The notes below the pieces were generated by a model. It did not search any database. It was given only the letters and a program-made list of their open reading frames with translations, and was not told the DNA's origin. From contig JAHRVR010000060.1 in assembly GCA_019090585.1 (NCBI GenBank), forward strand, positions 1 through 40,879: a DNA stretch of 40,879 bases. The letters run 5' to 3'. Position 1 is the stretch's first letter, and every line of letters begins with the position of its first letter. Source of the stretch: Sphingomonadaceae bacterium (GTDB lineage: Bacteria > Pseudomonadota > Alphaproteobacteria > Sphingomonadales > Sphingomonadaceae). The position numbers were made by a program, and so were the translations under genes. This document shows positions 10,117-18,470 of this stretch, piece by piece.

Positions 10117-11337
10117 ATGGCACAAGCCGGATTTGTCGACATGCCCCCCTCCGTTCAGGAGGCGAGCCGCAAGGTTTCCATCGTCGGAATCGGCGAATCG
10201 GACTTTCACCTCGATTACCGGGCCGAGCGGGAGCGCGCAGACGGGTGGGAGCCGCGCACCGTTGAGGACATGTGCAAAAAGGCGTTCGAGCGCGCTCTGG
10301 CCGACAGCGGGTTGAAACGTTCCGACATCGACGGCCTTGCCATGTCCTATACTTATGGCGGCCCGGAACCTTCGGAAATGGCAACGCACTTTGGCATCCA
10401 GCCAAAGCTGGGCTGGATCAACGGCCATATTTTCGCTGGACCACTGCCCAATGCGGCGGGGCGGATCATGGCGGGCGATGCAGAGGTCATTGCGCTGGTA
10501 TTCGGCATCGCCAATCGCTCGGCCGGGCGGCAGTTTGGCGGGATGACATTCGCCAGCGGAGCGGCTGGTCCTTCATCCTATTATTACCACCACCCATGGG
10601 GCTGGAGCTCACAGGCCGCGCACTGGGCACTGATGGCACAGCGCTATTTCGCCAAATACGGCAAGGGCGAGGAAGACCTTGGCCACGTGCCGATGACCGT
10701 GCGTAAACATGCCGCAACCGATCCCAATGCGGTCATGCAAAAACCGTTCACCATCGATGAGTATATGGCCTCGCGCTATATCGTCAGGCCGCTTCACCTG
10801 TTCGACATCTGCCTTGTTACCGATGGGGCCGTCTGCGTAATCATCAGCGAAGCCGACCGGGCGCGTGACATGGCCAAAGTGCCCGTTGATGTCGCCGGTT
10901 GGGGCCATTCCTTGATCACGCAGGACAAGATGAAAGTCATGATCGAGGACCGGCTGCGTCCACAATTGCAGGATGCCGGTGGTCAGGCCCTGCGCATGGC
11001 GGGACTTTCCATCGACGATATCGGGCACTTCGAAGGCTATGACGCCTCATCCATCCACCTCGTCAATCAGGTAGAGGGTTTTGGCTTTACCGAGCCCGGC
11101 ACCGGGCTCGACTTCTGCATCGACGGACAGATGACGCTGGGCGGCCGGATCCCCACAAACATGAACGGCGGCAACATGTCCTATTCCTATATGCAAGGCT
11201 GGGGTCAGGTACCTGAAATCGTTCGGCAATTGCGGCACGAGGCTGGGCCGAGGCAGATCGAAGGACTGCAGGCTTCAATGTCGGCGCTTACGCAAACCGA
11301 TATCGTTCACCCGGTTGTCTATACGAGGGGAGACTGA
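10117..11337 (+). CDS. Thiolase-fold (SCP2/Ltp2-like) protein, probable acyl-CoA aldolase
   Basis: SIVGIGES, ALADSGLKRSDIDG, DICLVTDGA, GYDAS, NGGNMSYSY, EIVRQLR. Start uncertain (10087, 10117 or 10141). Confidence 0.88.
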   Translation: MAQAGFVDMPPSVQEASRKVSIVGIGESDFHLDYRAERERADGWEPRTVEDMCKKAFERALADSGLKRSDIDGLAMSYTYGGPEPSEMATHFGIQPKLGWINGHIFAGPLPNAAGRIMAGDAEVIALVFGIANRSAGRQFGGMTFASGAAGPSSYYYHHPWGWSSQAAHWALMAQRYFAKYGKGEEDLGHVPMTVRKHAATDPNAVMQKPFTIDEYMASRYIVRPLHLFDICLVTDGAVCVIISEADRARDMAKVPVDVAGWGHSLITQDKMKVMIEDRLRPQLQDAGGQALRMAGLSIDDIGHFEGYDASSIHLVNQVEGFGFTEPGTGLDFCIDGQMTLGGRIPTNMNGGNMSYSYMQGWGQVPEIVRQLRHEAGPRQIEGLQASMSALTQTDIVHPVVYTRGD

Positions 11338-11339
11338 TC

Positions 11340-11750
11340 ATGGCACAGCAACGTCCTCCACGCATGACAGGCCCCGGCCACGACACATTCTGGGAAGGCT
11401 GCGGCAAAGGCGAGATTCGCATGCAGCACTGCCCGGACTGCGGCCACCGCCCCTGGCCGGTTGTTACCAGCTGCGAACAATGCGGCAGCGAAAAGCTGAA
11501 ATTTGAACGCGTGTCGGGCAAGGGCAAGCTGGTCAGCTGGTGCACGTTCGAGCAGTCCTATTACGGTGACCTGCTGCCGGTTCCATGGGACACGATCATC
11601 GTCGAGCTGGACGAAGGCCCGTGGTTCATCAGTAACCCGAAAGGCTTCACCAATGCCGAAGCCAAATTGGGCATGGCGCTGAAAGTCTCCTTCCTCGATT
11701 GCGAAGACCAGCACGGGGCCTTTGCGCTTCCGGTGTTCGAACCCGCCTGA
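11340..11750 (+). CDS. DUF35 Zn-ribbon/OB-fold protein (partner of thiolase-fold enzymes)
   Basis: FWEG, CPDC...CEQC, SGKGKLVSW, VELDEGP, LPVFEP; starts 2 nt after the thiolase stop. Confidence 0.93.
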   Translation: MAQQRPPRMTGPGHDTFWEGCGKGEIRMQHCPDCGHRPWPVVTSCEQCGSEKLKFERVSGKGKLVSWCTFEQSYYGDLLPVPWDTIIVELDEGPWFISNPKGFTNAEAKLGMALKVSFLDCEDQHGAFALPVFEPA

Positions 11751-11768
11751 ATATCTAGTCGCCCCCCG

Positions 11769-11798
11769 TTGTCGCGGACAGCAAAAGCGGTGTAGGCT
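11769..11798 (+). promoter_or_regulatory. Putative sigma70 promoter of the AGCS symporter
   Basis: TTGTCG-N18-TAGGCT, with a GAGGGGG RBS downstream. Confidence 0.4.
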
Positions 11799-11846
11799 TT
11801 CGCTCTGGCCGGGGAACCGGCGGGAAACGAGGGGGATAAACAGCGC

Positions 11847-13361
11847 ATGAGCACCGGGCCGGAAAAGGGGGCATTCGAAGCAGCATTCGAACGCTGGACA
11901 GATCCGATCGTCAATGTCTCGGACTTTATCTGGGGCGGCTCCTGGCAAGGCGAAGAACTGCTGCCCTTCCCGCCTATGGTGATCGTGCTGTTTGGCGTCG
12001 GCATCTATATTATGCTGGGCCTGCGCTTCTATCCGCTTCGTCAGCTTTACTCTGCCTTTGGCGGCCTGTTCCAGCGCAGCAAGGACAAATCGGCAGGCGA
12101 AATCTCGCCATTTGCGGCTCTTTCGACCGCGCTTTCAGGGCAAGTGGGAACCGGCAACCTTGCCGGCGTGGCAACCGCCATCGCGCTGGGCGGTCCGGGC
12201 GCCATATTCTGGATGTGGATCACTGCCCTGATCGGCATGGCGCTCGCCTTTGGTGAAGGCGCGCTGGCCATCAAATTCCGCGAACGAACGCCAGACGGAA
12301 AAGTTCGCGGCGGCCCGATGACTTATATTACCATTGGCCTTGGCGCGAAATGGAAATGGCTGGCCGTGCTGTTCTGCCTCGGCACACTGTTTTCCTCGCT
12401 TGTGACCGGCAACGGGATTCAGGCCAACAGCTTCGCCGATTCCGTCCATGAACTGACCGGGCTGGATGAGTGGATCGGAGGCGCAATCGCCGCCGTTGCG
12501 GTCTTCATCGTCATCATCGGCGGCATCAAGTCCATAGGCGCGGTTGCGGAGCGGGTCGTCCCCTTCATGGCAGGCGCCTACATATTGATGGCGCTGCTCG
12601 CGGTTCTGCTCAATATCGCGGATATTCCCGAGACCTTCTCGCGCATTTTCAACGGTGCTTTCAACATTCAGTCCGCCAGCGGCGGATTCACAGGTGCGAT
12701 GATCATCATTGCCATCAGGGCCGGCGTTGCCCGCGGGCTTTTCTCCAACGAGTCCGGCCAGGGATCGACTCCGATTGTCCATGCCGTGGCCCAGACCAAT
12801 GACCCCGCCAAACAGGGCCGCATGGCAATGCTTGGCACGTTCATCGATACGATCGTGATCTGCACCATGACCGCGCTTGTCATCCTGACTGTCGAAGGCA
12901 ATTTTACGCATCTGGACGGCGGCGCGGCAGTGGCGGTGAAGCACGCCTGGCAGTCCGATCTGACCGGCTTTGCGATGACGTCCGGTGCCTTTGCCGCAGC
13001 GTTCCCCTTCCCGATTTTCGGCATCCCGCTCGGCACGCTGGTCGCATCGGTTGCACTGCTGTTGTTCGTGTTCACCACGCTCCTGACCTGGAGTTATTAC
13101 GGCCAACGCGCGATCACATATCTTTACGATCAGGTGCCGGGAGCCACCCCGCGCGGAGAAAAAGTGCTGCACTTCATTTGGCGCGTCGTGTGGTGCGTGG
13201 TGATCTTTATCGGCTCTTTCGCACCGCTCGGTTTCGTCTGGCGACTGGGAGATATTTCCAATGCAGCCATGGCGCTGCCCAACCTGATTGCACTGGCCGC
13301 GCTATCCGGCGTGATCTTTGCAATCGCACGCGGTGATGTGGCAGGCGAAGAGGATAGCTGA
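11847..13361 (+). CDS. Alanine/glycine:cation symporter (AGCS/AlsT family)
   Basis: GQVGTGNLAGVATAIALGGPGAIFWMW, GGPMTY, RGLFSNESGQG, FIDTIVICTMTA, WSYYG. Confidence 0.95.
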   Translation: MSTGPEKGAFEAAFERWTDPIVNVSDFIWGGSWQGEELLPFPPMVIVLFGVGIYIMLGLRFYPLRQLYSAFGGLFQRSKDKSAGEISPFAALSTALSGQVGTGNLAGVATAIALGGPGAIFWMWITALIGMALAFGEGALAIKFRERTPDGKVRGGPMTYITIGLGAKWKWLAVLFCLGTLFSSLVTGNGIQANSFADSVHELTGLDEWIGGAIAAVAVFIVIIGGIKSIGAVAERVVPFMAGAYILMALLAVLLNIADIPETFSRIFNGAFNIQSASGGFTGAMIIIAIRAGVARGLFSNESGQGSTPIVHAVAQTNDPAKQGRMAMLGTFIDTIVICTMTALVILTVEGNFTHLDGGAAVAVKHAWQSDLTGFAMTSGAFAAAFPFPIFGIPLGTLVASVALLLFVFTTLLTWSYYGQRAITYLYDQVPGATPRGEKVLHFIWRVVWCVVIFIGSFAPLGFVWRLGDISNAAMALPNLIALAALSGVIFAIARGDVAGEEDS

Positions 13362-13399
13362 CGCACCGCAGACAGGAATTTCGGCAAGGAGAGAATGGC

Positions 13400-14407
13400 A
13401 TGCACGTCCCCTTTACAATGGATTTTCGCAATCCTCTGGGCACACCATGGAAGCAGCACTGGGAAGATTGCCTGTGGCTGATGACAGAAGCCGAGGCCAT
13501 GGGGTTTGATGCTCTGCTGATTCAGGAACATTTCTTCTCGGAAGACGGGTATTCGCCGTCAGTACCTGTGTTCCTGACCGCGTTGGCCGAAAGGACCAGC
13601 CGCGCCCGAATCGGCTCCTATACTTACATCCTGCCGATCCACCATGCCGCCCAACTCGCGCAGGAAACCGCCGTGCTGGATCATTTCAGCGAGGGCCGGC
13701 TCGACGTGTGCGTTGGCGCCGGGCACAATCCGGCGGAATATCTGGCCTGGGGCTATTCGCCCAAGACGCGGCCATCGCGCATGGAGGAAGGGCTCAGCGT
13801 GCTGAAAGGCGCGTGGACCGAGCGGCCCTTCAACTTCGACGGGCGCTATTACACACTCGACAATGTGGGGGTCTATCCGGAACCATTTCAGAAACCGCAT
13901 CCACCGCTATGGGTAGCAGCTACCTCTCCACCAGCGGCAGCGCGGGCAGGACGGCACGGGGCATTCCTCCACGGAGCATCGATCGATCCTGAGTTTCACG
14001 AAGCCTATTTGCTCGGGCGTGAGGAAGCTGGCCTGTCGCGGGAAACCGCGCGAATTTCCAATCCCTGGTCGTTTACCGTCACGCAGGAGGATCCCGAAGT
14101 GGTCTGGCAGCGCAATCGCGAGCATTATCAGCGTCGATGGAGGTACTACAGCGATGTGCGCTCTGGCATGGGCGATGACGAGCTGAACTATGGCCTCGAA
14201 GCTGAGGGCAACGATCTGTACCGCGACGCAGAACTGATCGGCACCGCTGAACATGTGATAGAGACCATGCGCGAACTCATTGCCCCAATGCCGCTGACCG
14301 ACATTGTCCACTCCGGCCCGGCCGCTGGCATTCCGATCCGGACCGAGGGTTATGAGAGCCTCAAAGCCTTTGCCGACACCGTCCTGCCCGAACTGAAGAG
14401 CTGGTAA
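13400..14407 (+). CDS. LLM-class flavin-dependent oxidoreductase (luciferase-like monooxygenase)
   Basis: QEHFFSEDGY, LDHFSEGRL, FDGRYY, PEPFQKPHPPLWV, RAGRHG; AAGGAG RBS. Confidence 0.9.
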   Translation: MHVPFTMDFRNPLGTPWKQHWEDCLWLMTEAEAMGFDALLIQEHFFSEDGYSPSVPVFLTALAERTSRARIGSYTYILPIHHAAQLAQETAVLDHFSEGRLDVCVGAGHNPAEYLAWGYSPKTRPSRMEEGLSVLKGAWTERPFNFDGRYYTLDNVGVYPEPFQKPHPPLWVAATSPPAAARAGRHGAFLHGASIDPEFHEAYLLGREEAGLSRETARISNPWSFTVTQEDPEVVWQRNREHYQRRWRYYSDVRSGMGDDELNYGLEAEGNDLYRDAELIGTAEHVIETMRELIAPMPLTDIVHSGPAAGIPIRTEGYESLKAFADTVLPELKSW

Positions 14408-14509
14408 CCCCTGCCCATTCTGGCGCGGGATACCAGCTCAGATTGGCGTTATTGCCGACTTCGCGGACATGACCGCCGGGCGTCTGTCCTTGCGCAAGAC
14501 CAATAAGCA

Positions 14510-14554
14510 AGGGCACCGTCCGGCGCCGCATTTTACGACGCCGGACGATGCCCT
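14510..14554 (-). terminator. Intrinsic terminator of the minus-strand amidohydrolase/BKACE unit
   Basis: 21-bp stem, fully paired on the minus strand when three G-U pairs are allowed, with an AAA loop; followed by U-rich TGCTTATT. Confidence 0.75.
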
Positions 14555-14606
14555 CAGCCATCACTTTGTGATGAATATTGCCGTGACGAGCAGCGGCAGT
14601 GCTCGA

Positions 14607-15830
14607 TCAGATCGGCAGTTTATATACCCGCTCGGCATTGCCTGATAGAACCATGACCTTCTCCTCTTCGGTCAGGTCGCCCATCGCCGTGTCAACATCG
14701 TCGATCGGGTAGAGGCAAGTGGGATGCGGAAAATCGGTTTCGAACATGACCGTATGCGCACCCAGTTCCTTGATCGTCTTCGACAGGTTCTTACGCTCGA
14801 ACCAGAAGCATGACAGGAAGTTACTCGAAAAATACTCGGAAGGCATTTTCCGCAGTTTACGCGACGACGGTGAAGCTTCCATGTATTGCGAATCGAGAGC
14901 CTCAAGCGTGAACGGGATCCAGCCCAGCCCGCTTTCCACCGAAACGAAATTCAGCTTTTCATAGCGGTCGAGCATTCCCGACAAGATGATATTCATCATC
15001 ACCCGGCCATTGTTCACAAACAGCATCGCGCTGCCGATCCGCATGGCAATATCCTGATCAATACTCGGCCAGGCCTGATCGCCAAACCAGTCCATCATCT
15101 GATCGCTCGCGCCAATATGGAAGTTGATGGGCAAGTCCAGCGCCTGGCACGCTTCCCACATCGGGTTCCATTTCTCGCTATCCAGGCTTGGAAGCTGCTC
15201 GCCATCCAGACCAGTGTGATTGTGCGGATCGGAATTGATGTTGATGCCGCGCAGGCCCATCGCTTGCGTGCGTTCAATCTCTGCCACGGCCTGTTTGACG
15301 TCCCACCACGGCAGCAGGGCCATCGGGAAAATGCGCTGGCCCGAATCCTGCTGCATTTCGGCCATGGCGTCGTTGTAAATCTCGATACAGGCGAGGCGCA
15401 GCTCAGGATCGACCTTTGCCGCATTCTGCCCGCCGAAGCCAAGAATGTTCGGATAGATGACTTGCGCCGCGATTCCAGTCGCGTCCATAAGTTCGACACG
15501 GTCCGATGTGCTGTGTGACGCCGGGTGGCAGCTGTCAAACGAGAGATCCATAAAATCCAGACCTGGCAATTTGATGCCGTCACGCCCGATCGTGCTGGCC
15601 GGTCTTGCGCCCTGGTTGATGACAAGGTCGCCATCGATCACCCATGACCGTTGACCGTCGACGTCCTTCACTTGCGGAACGCGGTCCCTGATCGAGGCAG
15701 GGGCGCGGCTGGTCCACAAATCGTGCGGCTCGGTAAGATGGGTATCGACATCGACAACCTTGCGTCCGCCGAATGGGTTGTCCGTGTCCTTGAATACGAT
15801 AGATTTATCGAGAGCGTTCATCAGCATCAT
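14607..15830 (-). CDS. Amidohydrolase_2 family protein
   Basis: DVDTH, FHIG, VESGLGWIP, FETDFPH. Start at 15830, 15827 or 15821. Confidence 0.9.
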   Translation of the reverse strand: MMLMNALDKSIVFKDTDNPFGGRKVVDVDTHLTEPHDLWTSRAPASIRDRVPQVKDVDGQRSWVIDGDLVINQGARPASTIGRDGIKLPGLDFMDLSFDSCHPASHSTSDRVELMDATGIAAQVIYPNILGFGGQNAAKVDPELRLACIEIYNDAMAEMQQDSGQRIFPMALLPWWDVKQAVAEIERTQAMGLRGININSDPHNHTGLDGEQLPSLDSEKWNPMWEACQALDLPINFHIGASDQMMDWFGDQAWPSIDQDIAMRIGSAMLFVNNGRVMMNIILSGMLDRYEKLNFVSVESGLGWIPFTLEALDSQYMEASPSSRKLRKMPSEYFSSNFLSCFWFERKNLSKTIKELGAHTVMFETDFPHPTCLYPIDDVDTAMGDLTEEEKVMVLSGNAERVYKLPI

Positions 15831-15862
15831 TCCCTATTTTATGTTATTTTCGCGCCGCAGCG

Positions 15863-15946
15863 TCAGAGCGGCAGTTTATACACCCGTTTTACATTGCCCG
15901 AAAGCACCTTTACCCTCTCCGCCTTGGTCAGATCGGCCAACGCCGT
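15863..15946 (-). pseudogene. 3'-end remnant of a paralogous amidohydrolase_2 gene
   Basis: Translates TALADLTKAERVKVLSGNVKRVYKLPL*, 18 of 27 residues identical to the C-terminus of 14607-15830 (TAMGDLTEEEKVMVLSGNAERVYKLPI*). The rest of the gene is missing. Confidence 0.85.
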
Positions 15947-16015
15947 GCCGCCATCATCTCCATCCAGCTCTTGAGACCAATGTGCTCTTAGATGCGCAAT
16001 TATCTGCTTCGATTG

Positions 16016-16918
16016 TCAGGCGGTTGCGCTTTTGCGGCGGGGCGACTTGAATATCTCCAGCGTCTGATCCCTGTCCGCAATCGGCCTACCGGCGGCCTTT
16101 GCCATGTCGAGGACCCGCCCGATCTGCTCCTCGTTGCTCATTGGCGTGACCGGATCGAAATAGGGTTCAATGCCAACAAGGACGTGCCCGCCCTTTTCTA
16201 TGGCCAATTGCGCAATCGGCGTGTCGAAAATGTTACCGCCCCAGACCGACACGGTCCAAGGCACGTCAACGCCCTCCAGAAGTTCAAGATAGGCATCCAA
16301 CGCGGTGGGCGTTGCCGGCAGGCCGAAGGGCATCGTTTTATCCCCGCGAAGACCATACTGGCCCGCGAAGTACAAGTTCGCAACCGTTCCTTGAGGCAGT
16401 TTCCCCGCGTCATAATAGACCCGCATGATGCGAAGGAAATTTGGCTCATAAATTGCCAGTTGCGCGCCTAGCCCCCGCTCGGTGAATGTCGCGAAATCAG
16501 ACCGGATCGATTCCAGCGAATTGGTGTAATACTTGCCAACCGGCAGCCCCTCGTCGTCGAGGCTCGCAAACACCGTACATCCCGGATCGATACAGCCGAA
16601 CTCGATACCGATCTCGTCATCGATGGCGAGGATATGCCGGATTTCACCGCCCAGTTGACGGGTCAACGTCGGATACCACAGCGCGTCGGGCCGGGCTTCG
16701 CGGATCCTTCGCCAGGACTTGAGATAATCTTCCGCCGACTCTTGCGCGACCAGTTCCATGTTCGTTGCATGGGCGTGGATGATCGACGCGCCCGCATCAT
16801 AACAGGAAAGCGCTGTCTCCACGATTTCGTCATGGGTGCGCGGAGAATAGGGATTATCCGCCTTGCTGCGCTCACCATTAATCGAGGCAGTGATAACCAG
16901 TGGTTTCTGCTGTGACAT
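16016..16918 (-). CDS. BKACE/DUF849 (3-keto-5-aminohexanoate cleavage enzyme family) protein, non-canonical, copy A
   Basis: VITASING, AGASIIHAH, YEP, GGHVLVGIEP, SNEEQI, AGRPIA; GGAG RBS before ATG 16918. Confidence 0.9.
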   Translation of the reverse strand: MSQQKPLVITASINGERSKADNPYSPRTHDEIVETALSCYDAGASIIHAHATNMELVAQESAEDYLKSWRRIREARPDALWYPTLTRQLGGEIRHILAIDDEIGIEFGCIDPGCTVFASLDDEGLPVGKYYTNSLESIRSDFATFTERGLGAQLAIYEPNFLRIMRVYYDAGKLPQGTVANLYFAGQYGLRGDKTMPFGLPATPTALDAYLELLEGVDVPWTVSVWGGNIFDTPIAQLAIEKGGHVLVGIEPYFDPVTPMSNEEQIGRVLDMAKAAGRPIADRDQTLEIFKSPRRKSATA

Positions 16919-16985
16919 CCAATTTTCTCCCAATCCATTTGTGTTTATTTCGGCATGGTTGAATTCGTTCAATGCGCGCGCATGG

Positions 16986-17897
16986 TCACGGGGCGGCGGC
17001 CATCGCACTGTGTCGGCGCGGCGATCTGAAAATTGCAAGCGTGGCACCGCGATCCGCCACGTTCCGTCCGGCAGTCTTGGCCATCGCTACAACGCGCTCG
17101 ACCTGTTCCTCGTTGGTCGGTTTGCGGACGGAATCGAAATAAGGCTCCAACCCGACCATGATGTGTCCGCCCTTCTCTATTGCCAGTTGCGGCAAGGGGC
17201 TGTCGAATATGTCCCCGCCCCAGACCGATACGGTCCATGGCAAGCCGGTATCGCCGATCAGCTCAAGATAGGCTTGAAGCGCGGTGGGCGTCGGCGGCAA
17301 TCCGAACGGCATTGAATTTGCGCCAAAGACACCGTGCGGTCCGCTGAAATAGAGGTTGATGACCGCCCCTTCCGGCAAAGCACCGGCGGCATGAAAGGCG
17401 CAGACTATGCGCAAGTAATGCGGCTCGAATATAGCGAGCTGGACGCCCAGTGCGCGTTCGCGAAAGACGGCAAAATCTGCCCGGATCGAATCCAGCGAAT
17501 TCGCGTAATAATAGCCTGCAGGAAGTCCCTCTTCATCCAGTTTGGCAATAGGTACGCCGCCCGGATCGACGCAGCCAAACTCCATCCCGATCGCATCGTC
17601 CAGCGCAAGGATATGGCTCACTTCCCCGCCCAGGTCCTTCGTCAGCGTGGGATACCACAGAGCGCCCGGCCTCTCCTGCCTGATCCGCCGCCAGGATTTC
17701 AGATAATCCTGCGCCGCCGCGATGCCGACAAGAGTCCTGTCCAGAGGATGCGCATGGATGATTGAGGCCCCTGCATCATAGCAGGCAATCGCCGAATCGA
17801 CGATCTCGTCATGGCTGCGCGGCACATTGGGATTATCGTCCTTCGAGCGATCGCCATTGATCGACGCGGTAATCACGAGGGGCTGATGCTGTGCCAT
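16986..17897 (-). CDS. BKACE/DUF849 family protein, non-canonical, copy B
   Basis: Colinear paralogue of copy A: AGASIIHAH, FEP, GGHIMVGLEP; GGAGAG RBS. Confidence 0.9.
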   Translation of the reverse strand: MAQHQPLVITASINGDRSKDDNPNVPRSHDEIVDSAIACYDAGASIIHAHPLDRTLVGIAAAQDYLKSWRRIRQERPGALWYPTLTKDLGGEVSHILALDDAIGMEFGCVDPGGVPIAKLDEEGLPAGYYYANSLDSIRADFAVFRERALGVQLAIFEPHYLRIVCAFHAAGALPEGAVINLYFSGPHGVFGANSMPFGLPPTPTALQAYLELIGDTGLPWTVSVWGGDIFDSPLPQLAIEKGGHIMVGLEPYFDSVRKPTNEEQVERVVAMAKTAGRNVADRGATLAIFRSPRRHSAMAAAP

Positions 17898-17918
17898 CTT
17901 GTGCTCTCCGCGCCGGGA

Positions 17919-18038
17919 CTAACCGGTGCGTCCTGCGGCCAGCTCCGGCTGCCGCACCTCTTCGCGTCCGATGCCAGAGACACCGCCCACCACAATCGCA
18001 ATGCGTCCGGACAAATCCTTCACGCTCTCTCTCGCCAT
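17919..18038 (-). pseudogene. SDR oxidoreductase remnant (N-terminal Rossmann motif only)
   Basis: 39-codon frame MARESVKDLSGRIAIVVGGVSGIGREEVRQPELAAGRTG*; it has the SDR start LxGxxAxVxGGxSGIG and then stops. Confidence 0.8.
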
Positions 18039-18142
18039 GATCTGTTATTTTTTCGTTTCTTAGCGTTCATTCTCATCCCTTTTGAGCCCGGGTGCAACCA
18101 TAATCCTCGCGCGTCCCGCAAACGCCCCGCAATGCCCGAAGT

Positions 18143-18172
18143 TTGACAGGACGTAACCTGGGATACTAGTTT
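18143..18172 (+). promoter_or_regulatory. Putative sigma70 promoter of the UGSC operon (predicts a leaderless mRNA)
   Basis: TTGACA (18143-18148)-N18-TAGTTT (18167-18172); ATG at 18179; no SD sequence. Confidence 0.6.
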
Positions 18173-18178
18173 TGGGTG

Positions 18179-18421
18179 ATGGATGTCGCGAACAAGCTCA
18201 TCGCCAGTTTCGGCAAGATTGTTGGCATTAACGGCGGTAGCTTGCGGCTGATTGACGCCGACGAATCCGTGATCCGCATCGGATATTCCGCAAACCCGGA
18301 TGCGCAATGCGAGGCGGGCGTCTGCACTCTGACGCAAGCCGAACTGGAAGACATGATGCGCGGGTGGCTCGTGCGTCTTGCGCCAAACGTGTTGCTGACC
18401 GTGGAGCCATTCGACGGCTGA
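18179..18421 (+). CDS. Small hypothetical protein, NifU C-terminal-like, with CxxxxC
   Basis: 80 aa. The pattern NGGSLRLIDAD..VIRIGY..CEAGVC..ELEDMMRGWL parallels the NifU-C domain; the ORF lies between a strong promoter and the UGSC gene. Alternative GTG start at 18176. Confidence 0.7.
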   Translation: MDVANKLIASFGKIVGINGGSLRLIDADESVIRIGYSANPDAQCEAGVCTLTQAELEDMMRGWLVRLAPNVLLTVEPFDG

Positions 18422-18440
18422 ATGGCTCCACGGTCAGCAA
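18392..18440. repeat. Perfect 21-bp inverted repeat straddling the stop codon of the small ORF
   Basis: TTGCTGACCGTGGAGCCATTC-gacggct-GAATGGCTCCACGGTCAGCAA. Confidence 0.95.
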
Positions 18441-18470
18441 ACGGCTCGCAATACGGATTGGGAGAAACCG

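Noticed and set aside
11751-11846. Glycine riboswitch or anti-SD hairpin upstream of the AGCS symporter
   Set aside because: Only 96 nt, with no glycine-aptamer consensus. The CCCCCCGTT anti-SD lies upstream of the predicted promoter and so is probably not in this transcript.
14361-14564. Minus-strand ORF containing GGHVR (BKACE-like motif)
   Set aside because: Only five residues match, the flanks are unrelated, and the ORF runs through the terminator hairpin.
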